The notes: a model not told the origin generated them from the sequence alone. 47,496 nt of DNA from Candidatus Nomurabacteria bacterium (GCA_943354645.1 CALRCO010000001.1:1-47496), one strand, 5' to 3'. Shown: positions 29,984 through 39,526, counted from the stretch's first letter. A program made the numbers and translations.

Positions 29984-30835
29984 ATGAAAACATATAAACC
30001 TACAAGTCCATCACAACGCCACACCAAAACGATTAACTACCGTGATTATTTGACGACAGATAGTCCGCTTAAATCCCTTACCAAAGGCGGCAAGCGCTCT
30101 ATGGGTCGCAACAACACTGGTCGCATTACGTCGAGTCACCGTGGTGGTGGTAACAAGCGTCTCTATCGAGATGTCGACTTCAGTTATTTGAAGCGCGATA
30201 TTCCTGCGAAGATCGCGTCTGTTGAATATGATCCAAACCGATCATCGTTCATCTCACTCGCAGTCTACAAGGATGGTGAAAAGCGTTATGTCCTTACCCC
30301 AAAAAGTGTAAAGGCAGGCGATACCTTCCTTACCTCAGAAACAGCGCCACTTACTCCAGGTAACCGCGTACCGCTTCGTGCAGTACCTGTTGGTACCTTT
30401 GTATACAATATTGAATTAAAACCAGGTGGCGGTGCAAAGCTCGCTCGTTCTGCAGGAAACTTTGCAGAAGTGGTGGCTCATGACGCCGGCAATGCGCAGA
30501 TCAAAATGCCATCAACTGAAGTCCGCAAAGTCTCTGACCGATGTTGGGCAACGATCGGCGAAGTATCGAACGATGAGCACAAGCTCGTTGAATACGGTAA
30601 AGCTGGACGTTCTCGATGGCGAGGTATCCGACCGAAAGTTCGTGGTACTGCTATGAACCCAGTTGACCACCCATACGGTGGAGGTGAAGGACGCCAAGGC
30701 CGGGGCTTGCGCCGTCCAAAGACTCGTCACGGTAAAGTTACTGGTGGACGAAAATCTCGAACTCCAAAGAAATACTCAAATCCGTTTATTGTTTCTCGCC
30801 GACGCGTTGGCAAGAATCGAAAAGCGAAGAATTAG
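29984..30835 (+). CDS. rplB: 50S ribosomal protein L2
   Basis: EYDPNRS, RGTAMNPVDHPYGGGEG. Confidence 0.99.
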   Translation: MKTYKPTSPSQRHTKTINYRDYLTTDSPLKSLTKGGKRSMGRNNTGRITSSHRGGGNKRLYRDVDFSYLKRDIPAKIASVEYDPNRSSFISLAVYKDGEKRYVLTPKSVKAGDTFLTSETAPLTPGNRVPLRAVPVGTFVYNIELKPGGGAKLARSAGNFAEVVAHDAGNAQIKMPSTEVRKVSDRCWATIGEVSNDEHKLVEYGKAGRSRWRGIRPKVRGTAMNPVDHPYGGGEGRQGRGLRRPKTRHGKVTGGRKSRTPKKYSNPFIVSRRRVGKNRKAKN

Positions 30836-30840
30836 TTTGC

Positions 30841-30977
30841 TAGTAAATAGTAAATAGATAGTAGTAAGTAGGGAGAACATAAACAAAAAAGAAGAGCAGG
30901 CTTTGCCTACTCTTCTTTTTTGTTTATGGTTTTTGTTCGGCCCCCTCTCCTTGTTAAGGAGAGGGTTGGGGTGAGGT
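30841..30977. repeat. TAGTAAG/TAGTAAA tract, GGCTTTGCC-tipped hairpin and CCCCTCTCC-type REP-like palindrome
   Basis: Three stacked repeat modules directly after the rplB stop. Confidence 0.7.
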
Positions 30978-31047
30978 AGTGTCTTTTTCTATTCACAAAT
31001 ATATAAACAGTGCTATAGTTAGTGTATTATCAATTGCTATCTAGCGT

Positions 31048-31683
31048 ATGAAAAATAATTTTATTTTAGGAGTACTTGTTGGTGCTATGGTTGTTGGAGG
31101 AATTGTATTTCTTTCAAATAATATTGGTAATAGAAACGCAGAACAAGGAGCGCTTGTTACTCCATTGTTTGCAAAGAAAACACCTGCTGTTGTTGGTGCA
31201 AAGAAAATTGCAGGCAAAGATATCATTATTCGTGATACAGGTTCAGAGAGTTGTATCATTTATGTAGATACCGGTAGTGATAGTTACGCTATTGCGTTTG
31301 CAGGTAGCTATAAAGTATTTGGTAGTTGTACGCCAAATGCAGTTATTTTTGATGTGACTGGTGCTGGATACAACCCAGCAGGAGATCTTCCTTCATTTAC
31401 CCATGCACAGCTTTTTAAAGGTGTTACCTTAACGGCAAATGGCGCACTTTCTATTGCAGGGGACGCTATCAGTGCGATGCAAATGCAACTCGTAGTCCTT
31501 GGGTATTTACAACAAGTGCCAACAGGTACCGAAGATGCAAATACCGCTCTTGCGCTTAAAAAATATCAAACAGATAACGGATTAGAAGTGACTGGAAAGA
31601 GTACTCCGGCAACAAAAACATCTCTCATTGCACAGGTAGCAAAAATCCCTACGACTATTCCAATTACCGCGCCTAGTAAGTAG
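31048..31683 (+). CDS. Membrane-anchored protein with C-terminal peptidoglycan-binding-like domain
   Basis: N-terminal TM; MQMQLVVLGYL..PTG...TALALKKYQTDNGLEVTG. Confidence 0.8.
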   Translation: MKNNFILGVLVGAMVVGGIVFLSNNIGNRNAEQGALVTPLFAKKTPAVVGAKKIAGKDIIIRDTGSESCIIYVDTGSDSYAIAFAGSYKVFGSCTPNAVIFDVTGAGYNPAGDLPSFTHAQLFKGVTLTANGALSIAGDAISAMQMQLVVLGYLQQVPTGTEDANTALALKKYQTDNGLEVTGKSTPATKTSLIAQVAKIPTTIPITAPSK

Positions 31684-31811
31684 ATAGTAGTAAGTAGGGA
31701 GGACAAAACACAAAAAATAACAAAAATGCAGGAAAAGGCTTCGCCTTTTCCTGCATTTTTGCTTATGTTCATTTTTTCCTGATTATATGTATAATGACAA
31801 AAAACCACACA

Positions 31812-32219
31812 ATGGAACTCCTTGCGTACTACACAACCAAAGCCTCTCTTAATGGAGAACAAAGCGCTGTCATTGTTGAAAAATTAAAAAAACTCTTTGA
31901 AGTACATGGCCTATGTACTCTTTTTAGAAAAGAACTCACGAGTATTAAGCGTTTTCAAGGACTAGCAGATGAACAAAAAGAAAGACTTGAACAACTGTGT
32001 ACTCGACGCCTCTTTGCGTTCAGTCAGTGCACAGTGCTTCACGATTTGTCGTATTTAAAACCAACAGATAAGTATCAATCAATCATTAGCGCCTTTAGTC
32101 TTATCCGTAAAGAAACAGAAGAAGGAACCACAGCTTCAAGACGGACAATTTCGGAAAATAGTGAAAGTATCAGAGTGTTACTTGTTGCAATAGCGGTGAT
32201 CGAACGTAACCTTTTTTGA
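31812..32219 (+). CDS. Orphan hypothetical protein
   Basis: TATAAT at 31790-31795 overlaps the first ATG, so ATG 31812 is preferred; terminator 32224-32252. Confidence 0.6.
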   Translation: MELLAYYTTKASLNGEQSAVIVEKLKKLFEVHGLCTLFRKELTSIKRFQGLADEQKERLEQLCTRRLFAFSQCTVLHDLSYLKPTDKYQSIISAFSLIRKETEEGTTASRRTISENSESIRVLLVAIAVIERNLF

Positions 32220-32356
32220 CTTTAAAAACCCAAGCGACTAGCTTGGGTTTTTGTATTTTTAGTTATTCACACACTACATTATAGGGGGGGTGTATACTTA
32301 TGAAAGTACATTCTCCTTATTATTACTTAACTCGGAGAATTACCTAAATTATTAGT

Positions 32357-32965
32357 ATGAAAAACGACTCTTTAAAAATTGTCCTCATTGTTGCAATTAT
32401 TGCGATTGCTGGTTATTTTTTATATACAAACTTTGCAAAAACTGATGCTGGTCAGCAAGGTGCGGTTATAAGCGGAACATCATCAACAACAAGTCAAGCT
32501 GGTGTTAGAATGACAATTGGGCATACATGGATTGATTATATAGGGAGTCAATGTCTGATTATAGTATATGATCAATTCGGGATGATTATGGGTACTATTT
32601 GGGGCTCCACTGGTGCTTTTGGTATTTGCGTACCAGGAGGAATAACTATGACTAATAATGGGAATCCTTCAGGTATAAGTGGTGTTTCTGTTGGAACAAA
32701 TGGCACTCTTTCTATAACAGGAGATCTTGTCAAAGCAACTCAATTGAAACTTCTTATGCTTGGATATATGAAAACAGTACCAACAGGAGTACTTGATTCT
32801 GTTACAACGGAAGCTCTTCGTGGGTATCAAACAGCAAATAAACTTCAAATTACTGGAACTATTACACCTGAAACTAACACCTCACTAAATAGTTATATTG
32901 GAGCAGTTTCTGTAACAAAAAACACTAATCCTTCGCTTAGTATCGGTGCGACTTCAGTTAAATAA
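32357..32965 (+). CDS. Paralog of 31048..31683 (TM, Cys pair, peptidoglycan-binding-like domain)
   Basis: NGTLSITGD..ATQLKLLMLGY..VPTG...LRGYQTANKLQITG. Confidence 0.8.
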   Translation: MKNDSLKIVLIVAIIAIAGYFLYTNFAKTDAGQQGAVISGTSSTTSQAGVRMTIGHTWIDYIGSQCLIIVYDQFGMIMGTIWGSTGAFGICVPGGITMTNNGNPSGISGVSVGTNGTLSITGDLVKATQLKLLMLGYMKTVPTGVLDSVTTEALRGYQTANKLQITGTITPETNTSLNSYIGAVSVTKNTNPSLSIGATSVK

Positions 32966-33076
32966 GGTATTGAGTATGAATAAAACAAAAAAAGACCCGA
33001 TCGGGTCTTTTTTTGTTTCAATATGAATACATTGACATTTTTTATATACATGATAGAATGTAAAAAATAAAATTCC

Positions 33077-33400
33077 ATGAAAAAAGTCTTTTCGTTCTTA
33101 CTAATCGCAGTTTTTACCATATTGATATCAAATACCAGTTACGCTCAAAGTAAACAATATAAAGTCATCATTGATGTGACAAACCCGATTCCTCGTTTGG
33201 TTATCGTAAACCCTGTCCTATTTAAAGGGGGTGAAAAAATAGTACTCACATACAAAATCACTTTTGCTGGTGAAGAGAAAAAAGAGCAAATACTACAGAT
33301 TACTATACCTTCCGGATTGAAAGGTGAAAAAGAGCTAAGTATTTCTTTAAATAGTGATAAAATAAAAATACTCTCTGCTAACGCAAAATTGATTGAATAA
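33077..33400 (+). CDS. Small secreted orphan protein
   Basis: Signal peptide ending SYA|Q; TTGACA-16-TAGAAT promoter; terminator 33413-33449. Confidence 0.7.
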   Translation: MKKVFSFLLIAVFTILISNTSYAQSKQYKVIIDVTNPIPRLVIVNPVLFKGGEKIVLTYKITFAGEEKKEQILQITIPSGLKGEKELSISLNSDKIKILSANAKLIE

Positions 33401-33521
33401 ATCACTTTCTCTAAAAAAGCCCCATAACCAGTACTGGTTATGGGGCTTTACTATTTGACTATTTTTCGAGTTTCCTATAGTATTGTTCTACCAGCTCTCT
33501 TTGAGCTATTTTATTTCAGCA

Positions 33522-33869
33522 ATGACACGATCACTCAAAAAAGGCCCTTATATCGATGAGCGCCTCATGAAAAAAATCGAAGGCAAAGACCCACTCAAAA
33601 CGGGGCTTATTAAGACATGGTCTCGAGCATGCCAAATCCCCCCAGAAATGGTCGGATTCATGTTTGGCGTCCACAATGGCAAAACCCACGTTGAAGTCTT
33701 GGTTACCGAAGACATGGTTGGTCACCGATTGGGCGAATTTTCATTGACCCGCAAATTTACACGTCACGGCGGTAAAATGCAGAAAGATATTGATACCAAA
33801 GCTAAAGAAGCTGAAATCACCCAAGCAAAAGCAGCAAAAGCTACTACCACTGACGCTAAGAAAAAATAG
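33522..33869 (+). CDS. rpsS: 30S ribosomal protein S19 with K/A-rich C-terminal extension
   Basis: [29 protein letters not shown]; own promoter TTGACT-17-TAGTAT. Confidence 0.98.
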   Translation: MTRSLKKGPYIDERLMKKIEGKDPLKTGLIKTWSRACQIPPEMVGFMFGVHNGKTHVEVLVTEDMVGHRLGEFSLTRKFTRHGGKMQKDIDTKAKEAEITQAKAAKATTTDAKKK

Positions 33870-33898
33870 TTCGATTACACTCACCATAAATAAACATC

Positions 33899-34324
33899 AT
33901 GAAAGCAGTACTCAAAAACTATCGCCAAGCTCCTCGAAAAGTCCGCATCGTTGCGGATCTTATTCGTGGCAAGCGCATCATTGATGCACAAATGGCACTT
34001 TCATTTCTCCCAAAGCGCGCATCAGATCCATTGCTTAAACTTCTCAATTCTGCGGTTGCAAATGCGGTCGCAAAAGATGTTGATATTGCAACGCTCGTAA
34101 TCAGCGAAATTCGCGTCGACAAAGGCGTGATCTTGAAGCGTATGATGCCACGCGCTCGCGGTTCATCTGCGCCAATTCACAAGCATTCTTCTCATGTTAT
34201 TTTGTCGCTCGCGGCAAAGGAAACAAAGAAAGAAAAGAGGGCAGCAGGATTGGCAAAGAAGGCTATGACAGTAGTAGAAAAGCCGAAAAAGGTCGCAAAG
34301 AAAAAAACTGCTCCGGCTGTTTAA
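33899..34324 (+). CDS. rplV: 50S ribosomal protein L22
   Basis: PRKVRIVADLIRGK, MPRARG. Confidence 0.98.
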   Translation: MKAVLKNYRQAPRKVRIVADLIRGKRIIDAQMALSFLPKRASDPLLKLLNSAVANAVAKDVDIATLVISEIRVDKGVILKRMMPRARGSSAPIHKHSSHVILSLAAKETKKEKRAAGLAKKAMTVVEKPKKVAKKKTAPAV

Positions 34325-34364
34325 TCTATTTACTATTTACTACTACCTACTTACTAACACATTT

Positions 34365-35042
34365 ATGTCAAAAATCGTTCACCCATATGCACATCGATTG
34401 GTAATCCTCCGAGACTGGAAGTCTCGCTGGTTTGCGCTTGATAAGCGATATCCAATTTTCTTGAAAGCGGACACGACTATCCGTGAATATTTGGAAAAGA
34501 AACTCCGCGGTTCATACATTTCGGGTATCGAAATTGAACGTACACAAAAATACTATCGTATCATTATCCGCACGTCACGTCCTGGTATGATTATTGGTCG
34601 TTCAGGTGATGCAATGATAAAACTCCGTGCAGAAATTGCAAAACTCATAAAATCTAAGAAACTCGAATTACCAGGTGAAATCAAAATCGACGTACTCGAA
34701 GTGCAGTCTCCAGAAGCAGATGCGCACATTGTTGGCTACATGATTGCAGAGTCTTTGGAAAAGCGCATGACGTTCCGTCGCGTGCTCAAACAAATGATTG
34801 AAAAAGTCATGGCAACTCGCGGTGTACTCGGTGCACGTATCGTGCTCGGTGGCCGTTTGGGAGGAGCTGAAATCGCGCGTTCAGAAGAAATCAAGCGTGG
34901 TTCTATTCCACTCCAGACATTCCGCGCAGATATCGACTTTGCTCGTGAAAAAGCGCATATGCCATACGGTGATATCGGTATCAAAGTATGGATTTACCGC
35001 GGTCAGGTTTTTTCAGATAAGAAATCAACAACTAACAAATAA
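34365..35042 (+). CDS. rpsC: 30S ribosomal protein S3
   Basis: RPGMIIG, GRLGGAEIARSE, PLQTFRADID, GIKVWIY. Confidence 0.98.
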   Translation: MSKIVHPYAHRLVILRDWKSRWFALDKRYPIFLKADTTIREYLEKKLRGSYISGIEIERTQKYYRIIIRTSRPGMIIGRSGDAMIKLRAEIAKLIKSKKLELPGEIKIDVLEVQSPEADAHIVGYMIAESLEKRMTFRRVLKQMIEKVMATRGVLGARIVLGGRLGGAEIARSEEIKRGSIPLQTFRADIDFAREKAHMPYGDIGIKVWIYRGQVFSDKKSTTNK

Positions 35043-35045
35043 GCC

Positions 35046-35468
35046 ATGTTATCTCCAAAGAAAGTAAAACACCGAAAATGGCACAAGCACCGAGGCGACG
35101 TTACGACGATGTCTGCTGACACTCGTGGTACGCTTTTGGCATTCGGTTCATACGGATTGAAAGCGCAAAGTGCTGCTCGTATTAAATCAAATCAAATCGA
35201 AGCTGCGCGTAAAGCTATGGCGCACGGTCTTACAAAGACTGGCCGCACATGGACTCGTATTTTTCCAGACCGACCGATCACCTCAAAAGGCGGTGTCGTG
35301 GGTATGGGAAAGGGAAAGGGGGATTTGCAAGGATACTGTTTTGAAGTTCGCCCAGGTCGCATTATCTTCGAAATCGACGGTGTCGACGAAGCAGTGGCTC
35401 GTGAAGCACTCCGCAAGGCAGGTACTAAGCTTCCGGTCAAGACAAAAATAATCTCTCGAGAACTCTAA
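35046..35468 (+). CDS. rplP: 50S ribosomal protein L16
   Basis: QIEAAR, RIFPDRP, MGKGKG, KLPVKT. Confidence 0.98.
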   Translation: MLSPKKVKHRKWHKHRGDVTTMSADTRGTLLAFGSYGLKAQSAARIKSNQIEAARKAMAHGLTKTGRTWTRIFPDRPITSKGGVVGMGKGKGDLQGYCFEVRPGRIIFEIDGVDEAVAREALRKAGTKLPVKTKIISREL

Positions 35469-35513
35469 AAGCTAGACTTTTGTCCAGAAATACGTATAGT
35501 AAACTACACTCAT

Positions 35514-35774
35514 ATGCCAACAAAAAAGACAACAACCAAAGAAGAAGTAAAAGGCAAGACGCTCCAAGGCGTGGTTGTTTCTGACAAGATGGACAAAACT
35601 ATCGTTGTTGAAGTAAAGCGCTTCGTGAAGCACCCAAAGTACAAGAAGTACTACAACGTGACGAAGAAGTACAAGGCACACGATGAGACAAATATTCACA
35701 AAACAGGGGAAACAGTCACTATTCGTGAGACTCGACCGTTATCAAAAGATAAACACTTTGAAGTTATAAAGTAA
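35514..35774 (+). CDS. rpsQ: 30S ribosomal protein S17
   Basis: [24 protein letters not shown]. Confidence 0.98.
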   Translation: MPTKKTTTKEEVKGKTLQGVVVSDKMDKTIVVEVKRFVKHPKYKKYYNVTKKYKAHDETNIHKTGETVTIRETRPLSKDKHFEVIK

Positions 35775-35853
35775 TCAAGTCCATAAAGTTTATAAAGAAG
35801 AAAAACATAGAACACTTTCAACTTTATAACTTTAAAACCTTAAGAACTCATTT
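35761..35853. repeat. AAGTTATA/TATAACTT inverted-repeat spacer overlapping the rpsQ end
   Basis: The first unit encodes EVIK*. Confidence 0.85.
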
Positions 35854-36231
35854 ATGTTACAACCACGATCAATCGTAAAAATCACAGACAATGCCGGCGG
35901 TAAAGTTGGCGCGGTGTTCAAGGTGCTTGGCGGTTCGAAAAAGCGCTACGCATTTATCGGTGACGTGGTCGTTATCTCTGTCAAAGTTGCAGAACCTCGC
36001 AAAGGCGTCAAGAAAAAGGATGTCCTCCGCGCTGTTGTTGTCCGCACTACCGATCCATACCGACGCAAGGATGGCTCATACATTCGTTTTGATGACAATG
36101 CGGTGGTAATCATCGGTAAAGCAAAGCAACGCTTCGAACCAATCGCGGGACGCGTGTTCGGCCCTATTCCTCGCGAAATCGGTGAAAAAGGATATCAGAA
36201 AATAATCTCGCTCGCACCGGAGGTGCTATAG
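35854..36231 (+). CDS. rplN: 50S ribosomal protein L14
   Basis: RRKDGSYIRFDDNA, KIISLAPEVL. Confidence 0.99.
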   Translation: MLQPRSIVKITDNAGGKVGAVFKVLGGSKKRYAFIGDVVVISVKVAEPRKGVKKKDVLRAVVVRTTDPYRRKDGSYIRFDDNAVVIIGKAKQRFEPIAGRVFGPIPREIGEKGYQKIISLAPEVL

Positions 36232-36235
36232 CGAG

Positions 36236-36335
36236 AAGTAAGTAGGAAGTAGATAGTAGTTAGTAGGAATACAAAACACTGACTGCTGCCGACTCTCTAC
36301 TTACTACTTTCTACTAACTACTTACTAAACTACCT
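36236..36335. repeat. AGTAAGT/ACTTACT heptamer inverted-repeat spacer
   Basis: AAGTAAGTAGGAAGTAGATAGTAGTTAGTAG ... CTACTTACTACTTTCTACTAACTACTTACT. Confidence 0.85.
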
Positions 36336-36548
36336 ATGATTAAAAAAGATGACAACGTAATAGTGCGCATCGGCGCAAGTAAAGGCAAAAAGGGCAAAGT
36401 GCTCCGTGTCTTTCCTAAACTTGGTACCGCAATCGTAGAAGGCGTGAACATGAAAAAGCGTCACAAGCGCGCAGGTGCTCGCGGCGGCAAAGGTTCTATT
36501 GTTGAACTTTCAAGTCCTATCAGTATCGCTAACTTGAAGAAAGCGTAA
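36336..36548 (+). CDS. rplX: 50S ribosomal protein L24 (short)
   Basis: IKKDDNV..GASKGKKGKV, VEGVNMKKRH. Confidence 0.95.
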   Translation: MIKKDDNVIVRIGASKGKKGKVLRVFPKLGTAIVEGVNMKKRHKRAGARGGKGSIVELSSPISIANLKKA

Positions 36549-36565
36549 TCTTATTTTTACATATT

Positions 36566-37105
36566 ATGAAAACTGTTAAACAAAAAGAAAAAGAAGCATA
36601 TACCGCAATGAAAAGCGTGTTCGGCTACAAGAATCCACTTGCAGCGCCTCATTTGATGAAGGTAGTTATTGCCTCTGGTACCGGTACACTTTTGAAGAAA
36701 GACAAACACAAGAATGATTTCATTATTGAACGTCTTGCCAAGATCACTGGCCAACGTGCAGTCACCAAGCGCGCAAAGAAATCTATTGCGCAGTTCAAGC
36801 TCCGCCAAGGCGATCCTGTCGGTGTCATGGTAACCATCCGTGGTGCGCGCATGTACGGATTTTTGGATAAATATTTCAATGTTGCACTTCCTCGCACGAA
36901 AGACTTCCGTGGTGTTGATGCAAAGATTGTAGATAGTATGGGTAATGCAACAATCGCCGTCAAAGAGCACACTATTTTCCCAGAAACAGCTGATGAAGAA
37001 TTGAAAGATGTATTCGGTTTTGCTATGACTATCGTTACAAGTGCAAAAACAAAAGAAGAAGCAAAAATGTTTTTGGAACTCATTGGAATACCGTTTAAGA
37101 AGTAA
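36566..37105 (+). CDS. rplE: 50S ribosomal protein L5
   Basis: ITGQ, AKKSIAQFKLRQG, LPRTKDFRG. Confidence 0.98.
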   Translation: MKTVKQKEKEAYTAMKSVFGYKNPLAAPHLMKVVIASGTGTLLKKDKHKNDFIIERLAKITGQRAVTKRAKKSIAQFKLRQGDPVGVMVTIRGARMYGFLDKYFNVALPRTKDFRGVDAKIVDSMGNATIAVKEHTIFPETADEELKDVFGFAMTIVTSAKTKEEAKMFLELIGIPFKK

Positions 37106-37117
37106 TACAAGATTCTA

Positions 37118-37199
37118 GTAACAAAAAGAAAAGAAAGTTGGCTTTGCCAACTTTCTTTTCTTTTTGTTATGCCGGACTTGATCCGGTATCCAGGCTAAA
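37118..37199. repeat. GGCTTTGCC-tipped long hairpin followed by a single GTTAT...ATCCAGG REP-like unit
   Basis: Perfect inverted repeat 37118-37169; GTTATGCCGGACTTGATCCGGTATCCAGG. Confidence 0.75.
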
Positions 37200-37259
37200 A
37201 TATACAAAATCCATTGAGTTTTTTATTTTTAACAAATAGTTTATACTTAAAAAATAAAT

Positions 37260-38672
37260 ATGACAGATAAAGAAATTATTGAGAAAATCAAATACGGAAT
37301 GGGTCTTTCGACAGAACTTTCAGATCTTGAATTTAAGACAGCGCAAGATCATATACCCAGTGATATTTGGAGAACTATTTCAGCCTTTGCAAATCGTCGA
37401 GGCGGGGGACTTGTTGTTTTTGGAGTAAATCAAGATAAAAACGCAATTACGGGATGTAATAACCTTGATCATATGCAAACAAAATTAACTGAGATTTTTA
37501 ATGATAAAATGAGTTTTATTTTACGTCCAGAATATCATGTTATTAATTATGGAGATAAAACGATTCTAGCTGTTTATATACCAGAATGTCCAAAAGATTA
37601 TATGCCTTGTTATTTTAAATCCGTTGGATTACCAAACGGTGCTTATATACGAGAAGGAAATACAACTAGAAAAATTACAGACAATGAATTCAGGACGTAT
37701 GTTGCAACGTCTAAAGAATTTCAATTCGATCTTTCTGAAGCAAGAAACACTGAAAAGGATGAGATTTCTGAAGAAAAAGTAACTTACCTACTTGAACATA
37801 GTGAAAATCAGCTTAAAAGAGGTGCAATACCAGAAGTATCTGATGCGGTACTTGAAAATTTGGGAATAATTGCTTTATTTGATAATGAATACAAACCAAC
37901 TGTCGGTGGTTATTTAGTTTTTGCAAAAGATATTCCACAAAATAAAAATCAGTATGATAGATATGCTGTACGTTGTATTCGTTTTGCAGGGAGTGATCCA
38001 TCTGATGAAATTATTGATTCACTGGACATTAAAGGGACACTCGATACTCAAATTGATGAAGCATATAAGTTTGTTTTAAAAAATATTGGCAAACAGGCGA
38101 AAATTATTGGAACAAAGAGGATTGAACAATATGAATATCCAGAAGCTGCAATTCGAGAGCTTATAGCCAATGCTGTTATTCATCGTGATTACAAAATTAT
38201 TGAAACTTATACACAAATAAAGATTTTTAACGATCGTATAGAAATAGTAAATCCTGGGTCCCTCCCACCAGGAGTAACTGTTGATAATATTAAAGATGCT
38301 CAGTTTAGTCGTAATTCCATGATCGCGGCTCGGTTAAGAGACCTTCAATATCTCGAAGAGTATGGTAGAGGTATTGATATTGTTGTACGAGAAATGGAAA
38401 AATGGGAATTACCCGCTCCTCTTTTTAGAAATTCGGTTAATAGTTTTGAAGCCATTTTACTTGGAAGAAATTATCGCGATATCAATGATCGTCAAATGAA
38501 AATTATTGACGCGCTACTTATTAAAGGGAAACTCACTATTCAAGATTGTCAAAAAATTTTACGCGGTACACCACGAGGTACCATTAATGCTGATCTCAAG
38601 AAATTAAAAGATCTTGGTGTTTTAGTGCCAAACGGTGCTTCAGTGAACATTTACTACACACTTGCTTTCTAG
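37260..38672 (+). CDS. Schlafen/AlbA_2 + RecG-C-like (HATPase_c_4) + C-terminal HTH protein
   Basis: LEFK...ISAFANRRGG..VFGV; YPEAAIRELIANAVIHRDY; IVNPGSLP; RNSMIA; EEYGRGI; ADLKKL..LG. Confidence 0.88.
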   Translation: MTDKEIIEKIKYGMGLSTELSDLEFKTAQDHIPSDIWRTISAFANRRGGGLVVFGVNQDKNAITGCNNLDHMQTKLTEIFNDKMSFILRPEYHVINYGDKTILAVYIPECPKDYMPCYFKSVGLPNGAYIREGNTTRKITDNEFRTYVATSKEFQFDLSEARNTEKDEISEEKVTYLLEHSENQLKRGAIPEVSDAVLENLGIIALFDNEYKPTVGGYLVFAKDIPQNKNQYDRYAVRCIRFAGSDPSDEIIDSLDIKGTLDTQIDEAYKFVLKNIGKQAKIIGTKRIEQYEYPEAAIRELIANAVIHRDYKIIETYTQIKIFNDRIEIVNPGSLPPGVTVDNIKDAQFSRNSMIAARLRDLQYLEEYGRGIDIVVREMEKWELPAPLFRNSVNSFEAILLGRNYRDINDRQMKIIDALLIKGKLTIQDCQKILRGTPRGTINADLKKLKDLGVLVPNGASVNIYYTLAF

Positions 38673-38806
38673 AGGCTTTTAGAGACAATCGAAAAATTCA
38701 TTGAAAAATAAGGTTTAAATACATCTTTTTATAAAGAAAAAATCTAGAGGCTTTTAGACAAGGTTTATGAATTTTAATTTTCATAGTTTTATTGTATACT
38801 GCAAAA

Positions 38807-39481
38807 ATGAAAAATCATCTTGTGAAAATATTGATCGCAGTCATTGTCATTTTGTTGGCGGTCCTTATTGCATTCTATTTTGCTACACATAAAAAATTAA
38901 CCGAAACAAATTCTATTTCCCTTGGTTCTGATTCTACCAGTATTTCAGATACAAATGTTCCTATTGTAAATAACTCTAAACTTGTTACTACTTCATCTGT
39001 TATAAAACAAACAATGCCAACCCCTGTTGATATTTGTTCAAATATCGAAGGTGTGCAAACTTCTGTTCCGGCAGGAATGGCTGATGTTGAAGGGACTTGT
39101 GTTACTCAAGAGGAAATATCTTCAACTCCCAGTTCGCAACAGGATGAGTTTGATACAGAATTAATTTATAAAGAACCAGGAGAATATTCCGCGACTAACC
39201 CTTATGAGTTTGAATTTGTGGTAATTGGTGATGATTGGCAGAAAGCTGATTTTACAGTGACTCGAGGTAGTACTTTTATCAAAAAAGTTACTATTTATAG
39301 TAAAGCAGCATTACAACATGGATTACCAAGTACAGGAAAAACAATATCGAATAAATATCGGGATGGTTTTTCTCAACCAGGACATTATTTTATATTTGCG
39401 CAAGTTTCTGGAGGGGAATATGTAAGTGGAAAATCGATAAGTGAGGAATATACAATAATAGTTCCTAGTTCAATGAATTAG
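38807..39481 (+). CDS. Membrane-anchored hypothetical protein
   Basis: N-terminal TM; DICSNIEGVQTSVPAGM...GTCV; ATG 6 nt after TATACT. Confidence 0.75.
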   Translation: MKNHLVKILIAVIVILLAVLIAFYFATHKKLTETNSISLGSDSTSISDTNVPIVNNSKLVTTSSVIKQTMPTPVDICSNIEGVQTSVPAGMADVEGTCVTQEEISSTPSSQQDEFDTELIYKEPGEYSATNPYEFEFVVIGDDWQKADFTVTRGSTFIKKVTIYSKAALQHGLPSTGKTISNKYRDGFSQPGHYFIFAQVSGGEYVSGKSISEEYTIIVPSSMN

Positions 39482-39526
39482 ATAAGTGCTATACTATACT
39501 TATTACTCCTTAACCTCTTAAATTCT

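Noticed and set aside
30836..33480. Integron cassette array
   Set aside because: No integrase and no recognisable attC sites; the genes carry their own promoters and terminators.
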